This document shows, piece after piece, positions 1-11,618 of a stretch of DNA of 64,000 nucleotides. The notes under the pieces were generated by a model. It saw nothing but the letters and a program-made list of their open reading frames with translations, ran no database searches and was not told the DNA's origin. Source of the DNA: an uncultured Nitrososphaeraceae archaeon (GTDB lineage Archaea; Thermoproteota; Nitrososphaeria; Nitrososphaerales; Nitrososphaeraceae); assembly GCA_963825865.1 (NCBI GenBank), contig CAWGVG010000060.1:96001-160000 (forward strand). The letters are read 5' to 3'. The number at the start of each line of letters is the position of its first letter. The first letter of the stretch is position 1. Position numbers and translations under genes: made by a program.

Positions 1-1
1 C

Positions 2-136
2 TTGAAGATGATAGTAAGGGAAAGAACCGAGCAGGAAGCAGAAAAAATCGTAGAAAAGCTTTGCGAAGAATTGCGAATCTTCAATCCTGTTGTGAGCGAC
101 TGTATAATTAAGTCAAAAGGTAAATTATTAAACTAA
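2..136 (+). CDS. purS: Phosphoribosylformylglycinamidine synthase subunit PurS, 3' end (partial)
   Basis: Manual translation ...EQEAEKIVEKLCEELRIFNPVVSDCIIKSKGKLLN* resembles the PurS C-terminal 'LC..L..NPV' motif; adjacent to purF/purL/purQ. Confidence 0.85.
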   Translation: MKMIVRERTEQEAEKIVEKLCEELRIFNPVVSDCIIKSKGKLLN

Positions 137-205
137 TATTTATTTTCATAAAATCGGAAGCAGGTAACACCAATGATTGATTGTAATTTGCTAGATTGAA
201 AATAG

Positions 206-1647
206 CTATTCTTGACCTTTCATTTGTGCTCTTGATTTAAAAATAGGCTTAATCCCTAGCGGTGAATAGTCGCCATTTGAGCAGCTAAAACACAGCTCTT
301 GTTTAGGAATCCCAATTGCCTTAGCTAGGTTTGATGTGTCATTATAAGCGACGTAATCTGCGCCAATGATTTTAGAAATCTTTGAGCCGATCTTTGTATT
401 CGAGATTTCTCCTTTTGCCTGCTGGTAAGCCAAAAGCTCTTGCTGCGAAGGAAAGTCGATGCCCGCGTAGCATGGATAGCGAACTGGAGGATAGGTGACA
501 ATCATGCTAATTCTCCTTGCACCAACAGCACGTAGAATTTTGATAATAGATGCAGAACTTGTTCCTCTAACAATACTGTCATCAACAATAACTACGTGTT
601 TATCCTTGATAATATCGTGGATCGGTATGATCCCCTTGTTTATTTCTACCCTGTCTTCTTGATATGGTTCTATGAAGCTGCGCATCGAACCTTTCTTTCT
701 GTATCTATCCTTGAGCAAGCCTTCTTCGAAAGGAATGCCTAATTCTTGTGCATATCCCAATGCTGCCTGGTCGGGCTGAATCTGGAACAGGTATTACAAC
801 GTCAGCGTCCTTGATAGGAAATTTTTTGGCTAGTAATTGTCCAATCCTTTTTCTTACTTCATATACATTCGCCCCTTCAATTACGCTACTCGGATGAGCG
901 AAATAGGTGTATTCAAAGGCACAATGAGCATGGGACTTTTCTGTAGAAAATCGTTGCTGCTCAATTCCATCGCTACTTATCTTAATAAGCTCCCCCGGTT
1001 CTATATCTCGCGTTAATTGTGCGTCTACGGCAGATAAAGCACAGGATTCTGATGCAATGATGAAGGTATTACTCTCCTTATGATGCCCCAAAACAAGTGG
1101 CCTGAAACCCTTTGTATCCCGTGCTGCATAAACTGAACCATTATCCGTTAGAAATGTGAAGCAAAATGAACCGACCATTTCACCTTTCAGAATATACAAG
1201 GCCTTTGTCATATCTCCTTTCTCAGCAACGTGCATAACAAGACGTTGTGCTGCAACGAGAGTATCGCTCATAGTCTGGGGAGTAAATGTACATCCACCTA
1301 CCATGCTTGATAACTCTTCGACATTGGCAATAGTCCCGTTATGTGCAACACAAAGATCTTTTACCTTCAGAGGTTGAGCATTTTCTAAGAGTACTCTTAC
1401 CCAGAGTTGAATAACGAACATGACCGATTGCAGCGTTTGAATTAAACTTTTTAATTATAGTCTGAAATTCTGGAGCCGCCGCAGAAACTAGTCCTAGCCG
1501 CTTTAAAGGAGGCTTGTGTGGAACTGCGAGTCCCCAAGATTCCTGGCCTCGATGCTGCAATGCACGCAGGGTATCTACGACAAAGGGTATAACATTATGA
1601 CCCGCCAGTGAAAATACACCAACCACCCCGCAGTTTTCATGAATCAT
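206..1647 (-). CDS. purF: Amidophosphoribosyltransferase, split into three ORFs by two 1-nt insertions (~1390, ~770)
   Basis: N-terminal ENCGVVG, LQHRGQES, GHVRYST, AHNG, CAFEYTYFAHP, VPDSA, IVDDSIVRGTS, PCYAGIDF. Confidence 0.96.
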
Positions 1648-1853
1648 AATTCAATTACCATTTCCTGATTTCAAGAAAACTAGAATACAATATCATTTAT
1701 ACAATAACATTTAGAGATAGTATAAATTTTACTACCTCAAACTCCTATCCATCATAAGTGTTTGTATTTCAGCTTTAAGAAACATTATTACATCATTTTC
1801 GTCCCAAACAATCTCTCCATGTCAAAAGTAGCTTATTTATACATAGCTAGCCA

Positions 1854-4043
1854 CTATTTCATTATTTTTTCCAATATATTTAAATTTTCTTCTAATTTTT
1901 TAATAGTGGTCTCAATGACGCTTACTTTCTCTTTATATATAAATTTAACACCATTCCTCTTATTGGTAGCATTACCGATTTGAGCAAAAGAGAGTCCTTG
2001 GATATTTGATAGCAATTTCCTTACCTCTTTAGGCTCCCTTGTTCCAAATATATAGCGTGATTGTGACTCTGAAAACATCAGATTGTCTATTCCACAGCAT
2101 GAATTAGGAATACAATCAAGGTTTATGGTAAATCCAGTTTTTCCTTGAACTGCCATTTCACAAAGTGCCACTGCTAATCCTCCTTTGGAGCAATCATGAA
2201 CACAACCAACAAGATTACTTCTAATCAGTTTCAATATTGCATTGGCGTTCGACTTATCAGTCTCAAATTCTAGCTTTGGAACGATTCCGCCAATAACGTT
2301 ATGATAATATTCGTAATATTCAGAACCACCCATTTCATCACCAGTAGCCCCTATTATAAAAATGAAATCGTCGGGTTCGAGAAATGATTGCATAATCCAT
2401 GTTTCCTTTTCAATCAGTCCTAACGATCCTATAACAGGCGATGGTTTTATCGGCCCCTTTAACGTTTCGTTATAAAAACTTACCTTTCCTCCAACTACAG
2501 GAATATCCATAAAGTTACAAAAATCAATTATTGCATTTACTGTCTGAACAAAAGTCCAAAATATCTCTGGATCTTCAGGACTAGCAAATTGCAGATGATC
2601 AATTATTCCTATTGGTTTTGCACCTGTACAGATGACATTTCTGCATGCCTCAGACAAACATCCTAGCATTCCCAGATACGGATCTAAGTAACAGTGTTTG
2701 GAATTTCCATCTAATTTAAATGAGACAAATTTGCCATTACCAAGTTTCAAAACAGAAGCATCACCACAACCAGGTTTTATTACTGATCTCAACCCAACTT
2801 CATGATCATACTGATGATAAACCCATGCCTTACTAGCAATAGTCGGATTAGACAGCATGCAATACAGAGCAGCCTCTAGATTTTGACATGTTTTTGGCAA
2901 CACAAAAGATTTCCTTATTCTATCAAGATAAGCAGGACGTTTTAATTCTCTATCTATATTTGGTGCGTGTGCGAAGAGATTTGATGGCAAATCAGCGATT
3001 ATTTTTCCATCATATCGTATAATGACGTCTCGGTGGTCTTTGACTCTTCCGATTATGGCATACTTGATTCCGTATTTACTAAATATCGTTGCTAATTTTT
3101 CAAATTTTGAGTCGTCAGTAATGTAAAGCATCCGCTCTTGTGATTCCGATACCATTAATTCTGTGGGTGACATATTCTCATGTTTGGAATGGATTCTAGT
3201 TAATTCTATATCGAACCCTTTTTTCAAATTGTCTGATGCTTCCGATAAACAGCAAGATAGCCCTCCACCGCCAAGATCCTTGATTGCCTTTATGCAACCT
3301 TGTTCTACTGATTCAATAGTCGCTTCCAGTAACAATTTTTCTAAAAAAGGATCTGGGATTTGTACTGCAGATCTCTCTTCTACTTGTAAAGCTTTTGAGG
3401 CAAAAGAAGCTCCATCAATCCCATCCCTGCCAGTGGATCCTCCTGCCAGTATTATTACGTCGTTAATGTCAATCTTGTTTGAAATTAGTTTCTCCCTTTT
3501 TCCTACTCCTATCGAGGCAACATCAACAAGACAATAATCCTCAAAAGATGGATCGAATTCTATTTCACCTCCTACAGTAGGTATTCCAATACAATTTCCG
3601 TAGTCAGCAATTCCGCGAACGACATTTTTGAAAAGCCATTTTGATTTTGCTTGACATTTTTTACGCCCACCGGTGATTGGCGCGAATCTAAGAGCATCAA
3701 GAATTGCTATAGGACGAGTCCTCATTGATATTATGTCTCTGACTACACCTCCGACTCCAGTAGCCGATCCACCATATGGTTCTACCGCAGAAGGATGATT
3801 ATGACTCTCGATGTGAACTGTAATAACATAACCATCACCAACATCCAATATACCAGCATCTTGGCCTGGGCCAATTATAACTCGTTTTCCAGTAGTAGGT
3901 AATAATTTTAGATATGTCTTAGAAGATTTGTAGGAACAATGTTCAGACCATTCTGAACTAATAATGTCCAGCTCGATTTTATTAGGAACACGTTGTAACT
4001 TCTCCTTCAGATAATTTAGCTCTTGATTTGTAAGTTGAGCCAT
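1854..4043 (-). CDS. purL: Phosphoribosylformylglycinamidine synthase subunit PurL
   Basis: WSEHCSYKSS, HIESHNHPSAVEPYGGSATGVGG, DLGGGGL, SESQERM, GGKVSFYNE, VHDCSKGGL. Confidence 0.97.
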   Translation of the reverse strand: MAQLTNQELNYLKEKLQRVPNKIELDIISSEWSEHCSYKSSKTYLKLLPTTGKRVIIGPGQDAGILDVGDGYVITVHIESHNHPSAVEPYGGSATGVGGVVRDIISMRTRPIAILDALRFAPITGGRKKCQAKSKWLFKNVVRGIADYGNCIGIPTVGGEIEFDPSFEDYCLVDVASIGVGKREKLISNKIDINDVIILAGGSTGRDGIDGASFASKALQVEERSAVQIPDPFLEKLLLEATIESVEQGCIKAIKDLGGGGLSCCLSEASDNLKKGFDIELTRIHSKHENMSPTELMVSESQERMLYITDDSKFEKLATIFSKYGIKYAIIGRVKDHRDVIIRYDGKIIADLPSNLFAHAPNIDRELKRPAYLDRIRKSFVLPKTCQNLEAALYCMLSNPTIASKAWVYHQYDHEVGLRSVIKPGCGDASVLKLGNGKFVSFKLDGNSKHCYLDPYLGMLGCLSEACRNVICTGAKPIGIIDHLQFASPEDPEIFWTFVQTVNAIIDFCNFMDIPVVGGKVSFYNETLKGPIKPSPVIGSLGLIEKETWIMQSFLEPDDFIFIIGATGDEMGGSEYYEYYHNVIGGIVPKLEFETDKSNANAILKLIRSNLVGCVHDCSKGGLAVALCEMAVQGKTGFTINLDCIPNSCCGIDNLMFSESQSRYIFGTREPKEVRKLLSNIQGLSFAQIGNATNKRNGVKFIYKEKVSVIETTIKKLEENLNILEKIMK

Positions 4044-4769
4044 CAATATCTCACAATTGCTTTCTTTTTTGATCGTAATGGTTCATGATGATCAAAATAT
4101 GATATTAGCGAACGAAATACCAATATTGCATCATTGGAAAATCTGTTAGGGGAAAGCAGACTTTTCACTAGCTCTTTCAGGATGTGGCATCATTCCCATT
4201 ACATTTCCTTCTTCATTACAGATCCCGGCAATTGAATCATAGGAACCATTTGGATCATCGTTGAAATATCTTAAAACGATCTGATTGTTCTTTTTGAGAT
4301 CATTTAAAATTTGATTATTCACCACATATCTTCCCTCGCCATGAGCAACTGGAATTTGGAACTTTTGATTTTTTTGGAAGCAATTCGTAAATGGCGTCTT
4401 ATTATTCTGGACCTTAACGGTCGTCCATCGACAAACAAAATTAAGAGAATTATTCATCATCAAAGCTCCAGGAAGCAAACACGATTCGATAAGAATTTGA
4501 AAACCATTGCAGATACCAAGTATGGGCAGACCATCCTTCGCCATCCTTTTGACTTCATTTATGATCGGACTATTAGCGGCTATAATGCCTGCCCGAAGAC
4601 GATCCCCGTAAGAGAAACCTCCGGGAATTATCATAGCATCAAAACCAGTAATCTTATCTTTTGTATGCCAGATATAATCAGCATGCAGATTTAAAATGTT
4701 GTTGAGAACATGATAAATATCACGCTCGCAATTGCTTCCAGGAAAGACGGCAATTCCAATCTTGGACAT
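4043..4769 (-). CDS. purQ: Phosphoribosylformylglycinamidine synthase subunit PurQ; frameshift near 4163, alternate frame continues to a TGA overlapping the purL ATG
   Basis: FPGSNC, PGGFSYGDRLRAG, GICNGFQIL, AHGEG, GMMPHPER. Confidence 0.96.
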
Positions 4770-4887
4770 TCTTTGAGATTGTTAAGTTTGCATTGTTAAT
4801 GTATTAATACCTTCGCGAAATATGTGTTTATATAACGTATAAGTAATATTACAAAGTTTTTATTCTGAATAAAAAAATAATAGCAGC

Positions 4888-5304
4888 ATGATGGATGAGC
4901 TTGTTCGAGACATTATGACAAAAAATGTTGTTACAATTGCTGAAGACAAAACAGCATTGGATGCAGCCAAACTAATGGCTCAAAAAGGTATCAGTTCTTT
5001 GATAGTTGTAAAGAATGGAAATCCTGAAGGTATCATAACTGAACGTGACTTTATTAAAAAAATTTGTGCTAAAGAATTGCAAATATCACAAATAAAAATT
5101 ATTAATATTATGTCAAAAATTCAAACAATTGCTGAACCCGATACTCCAATAGAAGTCGCCGTACAAAGGATGGTCAACCGTAAGATCCGCAGATTGCCTA
5201 TCGTGCAGGAGGGAAGAGTTGTTGGAATTATTACTGTTACAGATTTGGCCAGACATTTGCGGACTATATTATTAATCGAAGGAGCATTATCAGGTGATAA
5301 ATAA
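4888..5304 (+). CDS. CBS domain pair protein
   Basis: VRDIMT..., GIITERDF, IRRLPIV, VGIITVTDL tandem CBS motifs. Confidence 0.9.
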   Translation: MMDELVRDIMTKNVVTIAEDKTALDAAKLMAQKGISSLIVVKNGNPEGIITERDFIKKICAKELQISQIKIINIMSKIQTIAEPDTPIEVAVQRMVNRKIRRLPIVQEGRVVGIITVTDLARHLRTILLIEGALSGDK

Positions 5305-5346
5305 CTTAAATGTTGAAGAACAAGGAGTACTTTTATTTTACATGAT

Positions 5347-5886
5347 TTAAGGCTCATTAGTATCAATAGGGTCTGTTTTTATTCCTTTTCTTTCAAGTTT
5401 TTCAGCATTAAATATTATCCTTCTTTCTAATTCTTTCTTATATTTCTCAATTTTTACAGCTACTCTTTCATATTTTAGTGCTAGAATTTGGCAGGCAAGG
5501 ATTCCAGCGTTCCTTGCTCCATCAATTGCAACAGTAGCTACAGGAACTCCTGTAGGCATCTGTACTATTGACATAAGAGAATCTAAACCATTCATACTAG
5601 TTGTTCTAATTGGTACTCCGATTACTGGTATAGGAGTAATTGCTGCAACCATCCCCGGAAGGTGTGCGGCTCCGCCAGCGCCTGCTATAATTACTTGAAT
5701 TCCACTTTTCTTGGCGTCTTTTGCATAATTTATCATTCTTTCAGGTGTCCTATGTGCTGAGACGATTTTGATTTCATTCGATACTCCAAAAGAGTCTAAA
5801 ATCAAAGCTGCGTCTTTCATCACCGGAAGATCTGAATCGCTTCCCATGATTATACCAACAAGAGGCTTAACTACTAATTTGGTCAT
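5347..5886 (-). CDS. purE: N5-carboxyaminoimidazole ribonucleotide mutase
   Basis: [40 protein letters not shown]. Confidence 0.97.
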   Translation of the reverse strand: MTKLVVKPLVGIIMGSDSDLPVMKDAALILDSFGVSNEIKIVSAHRTPERMINYAKDAKKSGIQVIIAGAGGAAHLPGMVAAITPIPVIGVPIRTTSMNGLDSLMSIVQMPTGVPVATVAIDGARNAGILACQILALKYERVAVKIEKYKKELERRIIFNAEKLERKGIKTDPIDTNEP

Positions 5887-5891
5887 CTATT

Positions 5892-7067
5892 TTAGTTCAC
5901 CACTAATTTTATCATCTTTCTTGCTCTCTTTGCTCTTGATAATGCTTCTTCTATAGTTTTTGCAGTAACAGTGATATGCCCTAGCTTTCGCCTTGGTTTC
6001 GAGATTTTCTTACCGTAAACATGTAATTTTACACCAGGAACCGAAAACAAATTTTTCAATCCTTTAATCTCATACGGTCCATTATGATTTAGAGATCCAA
6101 GTATATTCACCATAACGGCAGGGCACAATAATTCCGGCTTTGACAAGGGCAGATTAAGTATAGCGCGTAAATGCTACTCAAATTGTGAGATCGAGCATGC
6201 CTCAATAGAATAGTGACCGGAATTATGTGGTCTTGGAGCGATTTCATTTATTACCACATTCTCGTCTTGCATTACAAACATCTCAATACCAAAAATCCCA
6301 GCTCCTTTCAGTGCCTTCATTGTTTTCTGTGCCATTTTCTTTGCCCTAATATTGACTTTTTCTGAAATTCTTGCGGGGACAATAGTTGTATCTAAAATGC
6401 CTTTGGTATGTATATTCTCACCTGTTGGAAATGACTCGATCTGACCTCGGGAATTTCTTGCGACTAATATTGATATCTCTTTTTGATATGGCACGAATTT
6501 TTCTAGCATGCATTCTTTTCCGGCAAAATAGCCAATGGCTTCATGTATTTTATCTTTGGACTTGATTAGAAAATTACCTCTTCCATCATAGGAATCTTCG
6601 CATACTTTTAACATGGCTGGAAAACCGTATCTGGCACAGAGCGCTCTCAAATGGTCTTCTGAATCAACAAGGTCAAATTTAGGAACTGCTAAATCGTTAT
6701 CTTTCAAAAATGATTTCTGCCTATACTTATTCTGGATTATTGCCAAAGTTTCTGGCGAGGGGTAGACCGGATATTTTTTTGTTTGTAATTCCTTAAGGGT
6801 AGTTGAATTCGCAAGCTCTATTTCGTAAGTAAGTACATCGGATTTACTTGCCAACTTTCTAATGGCATTTTCATCCTTGAAATCAGCAACAATTTGTTCA
6901 TCTGAAATAGAGGATGCAGGACATTCCTCACTAGGGTCTAGAATTATAACCCTAAGAGACATACGTTTGGCCTCTTGAGTAATCATTTTTCCTAGTTGTC
7001 CTCCTCCAATTATTCCTATGCAGATTGGCCTCTTCATTAGAAGGACATCGCTCCTGATTTCAGCCAT
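5892..7067 (-). CDS. purK: N5-carboxyaminoimidazole ribonucleotide synthase, frameshift near 6175
   Basis: GIIGGGQLGKM, YDGRGN, NEIAPRPHNSGH..SQFE then C-terminal HVYGK..PRRKLGHI. Confidence 0.95.
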
Positions 7068-7269
7068 GAGTCTTCTATTGCATTCTTAAAAAGCGAATTA
7101 AAAGTCTTCTTTTTGTAGTATGAAATGATTACATAGTTGTGAATGTATACATGCAAAGCCTTTCTTTAAAACAAGCGAAGATAAGCTGGTCTTGATTTTA
7201 TATACATATATATATATATATTATTATTTTGACAGGTACTTTAAAAAAGAGTGTTTGACTTTTACGATT

Positions 7270-8028
7270 ATGAATCTAAAGGGAAAAGTTGCAATTGTTA
7301 CTGGAGCTGGCGGGGGAGTTGGCAAGGCTACTACAAAAAGATTAGTTTCTGAAGGCAGCAAGGTCGTTCTCATAGGACGAGAAAGAGGAAAGCTTACAAA
7401 AGTTATTTCTGACGCTGACACTAGAAAGAATATGTTAGCAGTTACAGCTGATATTACTAGAGAAGCCGAAGTACTAAGCGCTATAGAACAAACTATTTCA
7501 GCATATGACAGAATCGACATTCTGGTAAACAATGCAGGAGTCCTTAACGATCCTACTCCTTTTCATTTGATGACAGATGATCAATGGATGGAATTAATCA
7601 ATACAAATCTCATTGGAACCTTTAGAATGACAAAGGCAGTTCTCCCAATTATGATGAAGATAGGTGGAGGCAGCATCATAAATATATCGTCTATACTTGG
7701 AATAAGAGCGATTCCAAAAGTTCCATTTTCAGTTTATGGAGTAACAAAGGCTGGTGTGATAATGTTTACAAAGAGCATTGCGGTTGAATATGGTCAATAT
7801 GGCATACGATGTAACTGCATTGCTCCATCTACTATACGCAGTCCCATGATTGAACCGTATTTACAAGATGAGAATGCAAAAAAAATTCTTGAGTCATCTT
7901 TTCCATTGCGAAGAATAGGCGATCCCGATGATATTTCTGGAGCAGTCTGCTACCTTTCTTCTGATGATGCAAAATGGATAACTGGAACAATTTTAACTGT
8001 AGATGGTGGAATCTGTGCAAAGCAGTAA
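7270..8028 (+). CDS. Short-chain dehydrogenase/reductase (FabG-like)
   Basis: TGAGGGVG Rossmann motif, NNAG, YGVTK catalytic YxxxK, ITGTILTVDGG. Confidence 0.92.
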   Translation: MNLKGKVAIVTGAGGGVGKATTKRLVSEGSKVVLIGRERGKLTKVISDADTRKNMLAVTADITREAEVLSAIEQTISAYDRIDILVNNAGVLNDPTPFHLMTDDQWMELINTNLIGTFRMTKAVLPIMMKIGGGSIINISSILGIRAIPKVPFSVYGVTKAGVIMFTKSIAVEYGQYGIRCNCIAPSTIRSPMIEPYLQDENAKKILESSFPLRRIGDPDDISGAVCYLSSDDAKWITGTILTVDGGICAKQ

Positions 8029-8131
8029 AGCAAAATAAGGGATAACAGGCATTGCTTACAAAAATACGAAATAATGAGCCAGGGTAATGTAATCGTCGAT
8101 TTATTTGACAATAGTAATAGAAATTCATATG

Positions 8132-8574
8132 CTATTGTTGTGCTTGGTCTAGTAGTCTATTCGTATTTTTACCTACCAGTGGAATTATCTTTTTTATTAT
8201 AATCTCATGGAAATTGTTGGTATTGACATCAAATGACAGCAGTAATACGTATGAGAGGCGGCTGCTATAATCTGTAATTGGAATAGTTGCTCGAATTAAT
8301 TTAGCGTAATGAGAGCTGGCATAAATGATTTTACCCAGTAAATACTCCCATCTAAGCCGTGTATACTGACGAGTAGCGAGCTGTAATTGCATACTCGAGC
8401 TCTCTCTTCCGGTCCTAGCAATGGCTTTAGATCTTTTCGATGAGAAGTGGATAATAACTTACCGTCCTCGTCAACAATTGCTGCAAATCTAATTGAATGA
8501 TCCTGTGATATAACGTTATCACATAATTCCTGGAGAAATCCTGCTTTCAATCCGTTATATTCATATGTACGCAC
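8132..8574 (-). CDS. Thaumarchaeal DUF6659-like (roadblock/sensor-like) protein, frameshift near 8400
   Basis: LCDNVISQDHSIRFAAIVDEDGKLL...RKDLKPLL then LGKIIYASSHYAKLIRATIP; similar pattern to 43487-43852. Confidence 0.65.
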
Positions 8575-8748
8575 TTATATATGAGCATATTTTGTCTTTC
8601 GGCGTATATTATGAGAATTAGCCTTATAGATTAATCCCTGGCATCTTTTACGCAAACAAACCCAAAATGCACAATAAATAGGAATTCTATGTTAATTAAC
8701 TTGTGGCGTTAAAATTTTTATCACTGCTAAGATCTCTTACTGTCATTC

Positions 8749-9570
8749 ATGAAGATCCAAGAGGGTTCATATGTTTTACTATTTCATACAAATAAGAAGA
8801 AATGGCTGACCAAGGTTGCCTTAGAGAAAAAAATGCATACACATCTTGGAGTCATAGACATTTCATCGATTATCGGAATGGAGTATGGCTCTCTAGTTAG
8901 AACTACTGAAGACAAAATCGTGTACCTTATTGAACCTACAATTCATGACTTTGTAATGAAATCAGAACGAAGAACTCAGATCGTTTATCCAAAGGATTTT
9001 GGTTTTATTGCAGCTCGCACTGGTCTGAAAAATGGATCAAAAGTGTTGGAAATTGGAACGGGTAGTGCCTCCCTCACAACCTTTATTGCAAGTATTGTAA
9101 AGCCAGATGGACATATTTACACGTTTGATATTAATCCAGATTCTCTCGCCATCGCAAAACGAAACCTGGAAAAGGCCGGAATGTCTGAATACGTTACCAT
9201 ACGTCAACACGATCCACATCAAGGGCTTGTTTTAATGGAGGCAGATATTGCAATAGTTGATCTAGGCGATCCGTGGACTATGATCAACCAGGTTCATCAG
9301 GCCTTGAAAGGAAGCGGTGCATTTGTTGCGATTTGTCCCACTATGAATCAGTTGGAGAAAACCGCAACTGGACTAAAACAAAATGGTTACGTCGACATTG
9401 ACTGCATAGAAATAATGATCCGGAACATAGAGGCAAGAGAAGGAATGACAAGGCCTTCAATGAGAATGATAGGACATACGACATATTTAGCGTTTGCAAG
9501 AAAAGTTAAAAGAATAGAAGATAATAACGCGTTGCCTGAATTGACAGATGAGAGGGGTCTTCTCATCTGA
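8749..9570 (+). CDS. trmI: tRNA (adenine-N1)-methyltransferase (TrmI/Trm61)
   Basis: RRTQIVYPKD, VLEIGTGSASLT, DLGDPW, TRPSMRMIGHTTYL. Confidence 0.92.
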   Translation: MKIQEGSYVLLFHTNKKKWLTKVALEKKMHTHLGVIDISSIIGMEYGSLVRTTEDKIVYLIEPTIHDFVMKSERRTQIVYPKDFGFIAARTGLKNGSKVLEIGTGSASLTTFIASIVKPDGHIYTFDINPDSLAIAKRNLEKAGMSEYVTIRQHDPHQGLVLMEADIAIVDLGDPWTMINQVHQALKGSGAFVAICPTMNQLEKTATGLKQNGYVDIDCIEIMIRNIEAREGMTRPSMRMIGHTTYLAFARKVKRIEDNNALPELTDERGLLI

Positions 9571-9683
9571 TTTGATGAAGTTTGGGATTGTCCTTTTTCA
9601 GTTGATGTCGCACATTTGTCTTATTGCCTAAGCTGCCAATTGGGCAATTCTGTACATTAAAATTAAATAGTTTTTTAGCACGT

Positions 9684-10916
9684 ATGATGTTGATGAAGAA
9701 TAAGATTGCTATCCTAACTGTAGTTGTCACAATAACATTGGCCTCCATCATCTCCTTTGCAGAGGTTTATAGTTATTTTTCAAACAACTCTCAACACAGG
9801 GTGAACATAGTCCAGGCAAAAATAATGCGCTCGGACGTTCAAAAAGTCCTTCTGCATACTAATAACATTGCTAGTTCCTCCTTTGGAGCTTATTCTGACA
9901 ACTCGGCGCAGCAACAGGTCCTTCCACAGCTATTTAATCATGTACAAAACTCTGTTGTTCAGATAACCAGCAAGGTGCCAACAAACATAATTGCCGATGG
10001 CAATCCCCTACAAGGCCAATCTACTGCACTTGGTTCAGGCTTTATCTTCGACAAGGAAGGACATATAATCACAAACTATCATGTGATACAACAGTCCGAC
10101 GACGTTCATGTAACGTTTGTTGATGGAAATGTCTATACAGCAAAAGCAATAGGAAAAGACGTCTTCTCAGATCTTGCTGTATTACAACTTGACAAGTCTG
10201 CGTTGTTAAAAGAAAATCTTGCGCCATTACCATTTGCAGACTCTTCTGCTATTGAAGTTGGACAGCAGATTGCTGTCATAGGAAATCCATTTGGCTTAAG
10301 TGGATCGATGACACATGGTATAGTCAGTCAGCTATATAGGCTACTACCAGATCCAGAATTTGGATTTTCCTTACCGGGTATAATCCAAATTGACGCTGCA
10401 ACAAATCCCGGCAATTCTGGTGGTCCACTTTTGAACTTGTACGGCGAAGTTATAGGTGTAACAACTGCAATTAAATCAAACACTGGCACCTTCTCTGGAA
10501 TAGGTTTTGCAATACCCTCAAAAACCGTACAAAAAATCATACCACAGCTCATATTGCGCGGTAGTTATGAACATGCATGGCTTGGAATTGCTGGGACCAA
10601 CATTATCCCAGATACTGCAAAGGCTATGGGTTTGAATGAAACAAAAGGTGTTATTGTAGAATCTGTAACGCCGGACAGTCCAGCAGACTTGGCAGGAATA
10701 AAGAGTGGAACGAATACTGTTACTATAAGTGGTCACGATCTAAACACCGATGCAGATATTATTATCGGAATTGATTCGCAGCAAATTAGAAAGATCGATG
10801 ACATTATCAATTACATAGATAGTAAATCGGTCGGTGAAGCTGTGGTCTTGAAAGTTTTGAGAAAAGGCGGTACTCAGAATATTGATGTCAACCTTGCAGC
10901 ACGACCAGTCCAATAA
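9684..10916 (+). CDS. HtrA/DegP-family trypsin-like serine protease with PDZ domain
   Basis: N-terminal hydrophobic segment, GSGF, ITNYHV, DLAVL, IQIDAATNPGNSGGPL, C-terminal PDZ. Confidence 0.93.
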   Translation: MMLMKNKIAILTVVVTITLASIISFAEVYSYFSNNSQHRVNIVQAKIMRSDVQKVLLHTNNIASSSFGAYSDNSAQQQVLPQLFNHVQNSVVQITSKVPTNIIADGNPLQGQSTALGSGFIFDKEGHIITNYHVIQQSDDVHVTFVDGNVYTAKAIGKDVFSDLAVLQLDKSALLKENLAPLPFADSSAIEVGQQIAVIGNPFGLSGSMTHGIVSQLYRLLPDPEFGFSLPGIIQIDAATNPGNSGGPLLNLYGEVIGVTTAIKSNTGTFSGIGFAIPSKTVQKIIPQLILRGSYEHAWLGIAGTNIIPDTAKAMGLNETKGVIVESVTPDSPADLAGIKSGTNTVTISGHDLNTDADIIIGIDSQQIRKIDDIINYIDSKSVGEAVVLKVLRKGGTQNIDVNLAARPVQ

Positions 10917-11618
10917 TAGATCATAGAACTTGGCTTGATAAGGTTGTCTAGCGACAGTATCCTCCCTCCCTGGGATGGTCATCAAAAAATACTACAAATT
11001 TGTACATTGATTTGCTTGTATATACTTACAGTCCTATTGTGCACCTACGATTAAAAAAATTTATGTAAGCTCGATTAACTATGATGAATTTCATCAATAA
11101 TATTAAGTTAGAAGTAAAAATATTGTATAGTAACCTAAGTTTGGAAATACTACAAGGTTTTATCAAGAGATTGCTTTCTTCAGGATGCATAAGAAGCCGT
11201 ATTCTCATATACTTTTCCTTTACTTTAAAAAACAGCACATCTATATCATAAATTTGATGGTGGCGCACCAACAATGCGGCCAGACATACTGCAAGTTCCT
11301 GCGAAGAAATCCCCAGAAGGAGGACAGAACAAAGATAATGTTCTGTTAGTCCACCCGATAACTCCAATTTCCACATGGGAGAGTATCTTACAGTAAAAAT
11401 ATCACTTGTTGTCCCCCTTAAATTGGAAAGTGCTCATTGTATTTTGTATTGTCCTGTCTTCAATTTATTCAAGTTCTCATTTAATAGTGCTATTGGAATC
11501 GTAGGTTGTTTTCAAAATGTTCTAGGCTTCGATATGCTGAATTTCTTTTAAGCAATCGAAATTTGTAATTTTACTGAATTTTATTGAGTCTTACTTGAAA
11601 AAGACTTTGTGATTTTAC

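Noticed and set aside
206-1647. Programmed frameshifting or split purF (likewise purK, srp54, dph6)
   Set aside because: Indels occur across many unrelated essential genes with no consistent slippery site; sequencing error is more parsimonious
11026-11600. 116-aa minus-strand ORF and other short frames between the HtrA gene and PINA
   Set aside because: Composition looks random and no motif or clear start was found
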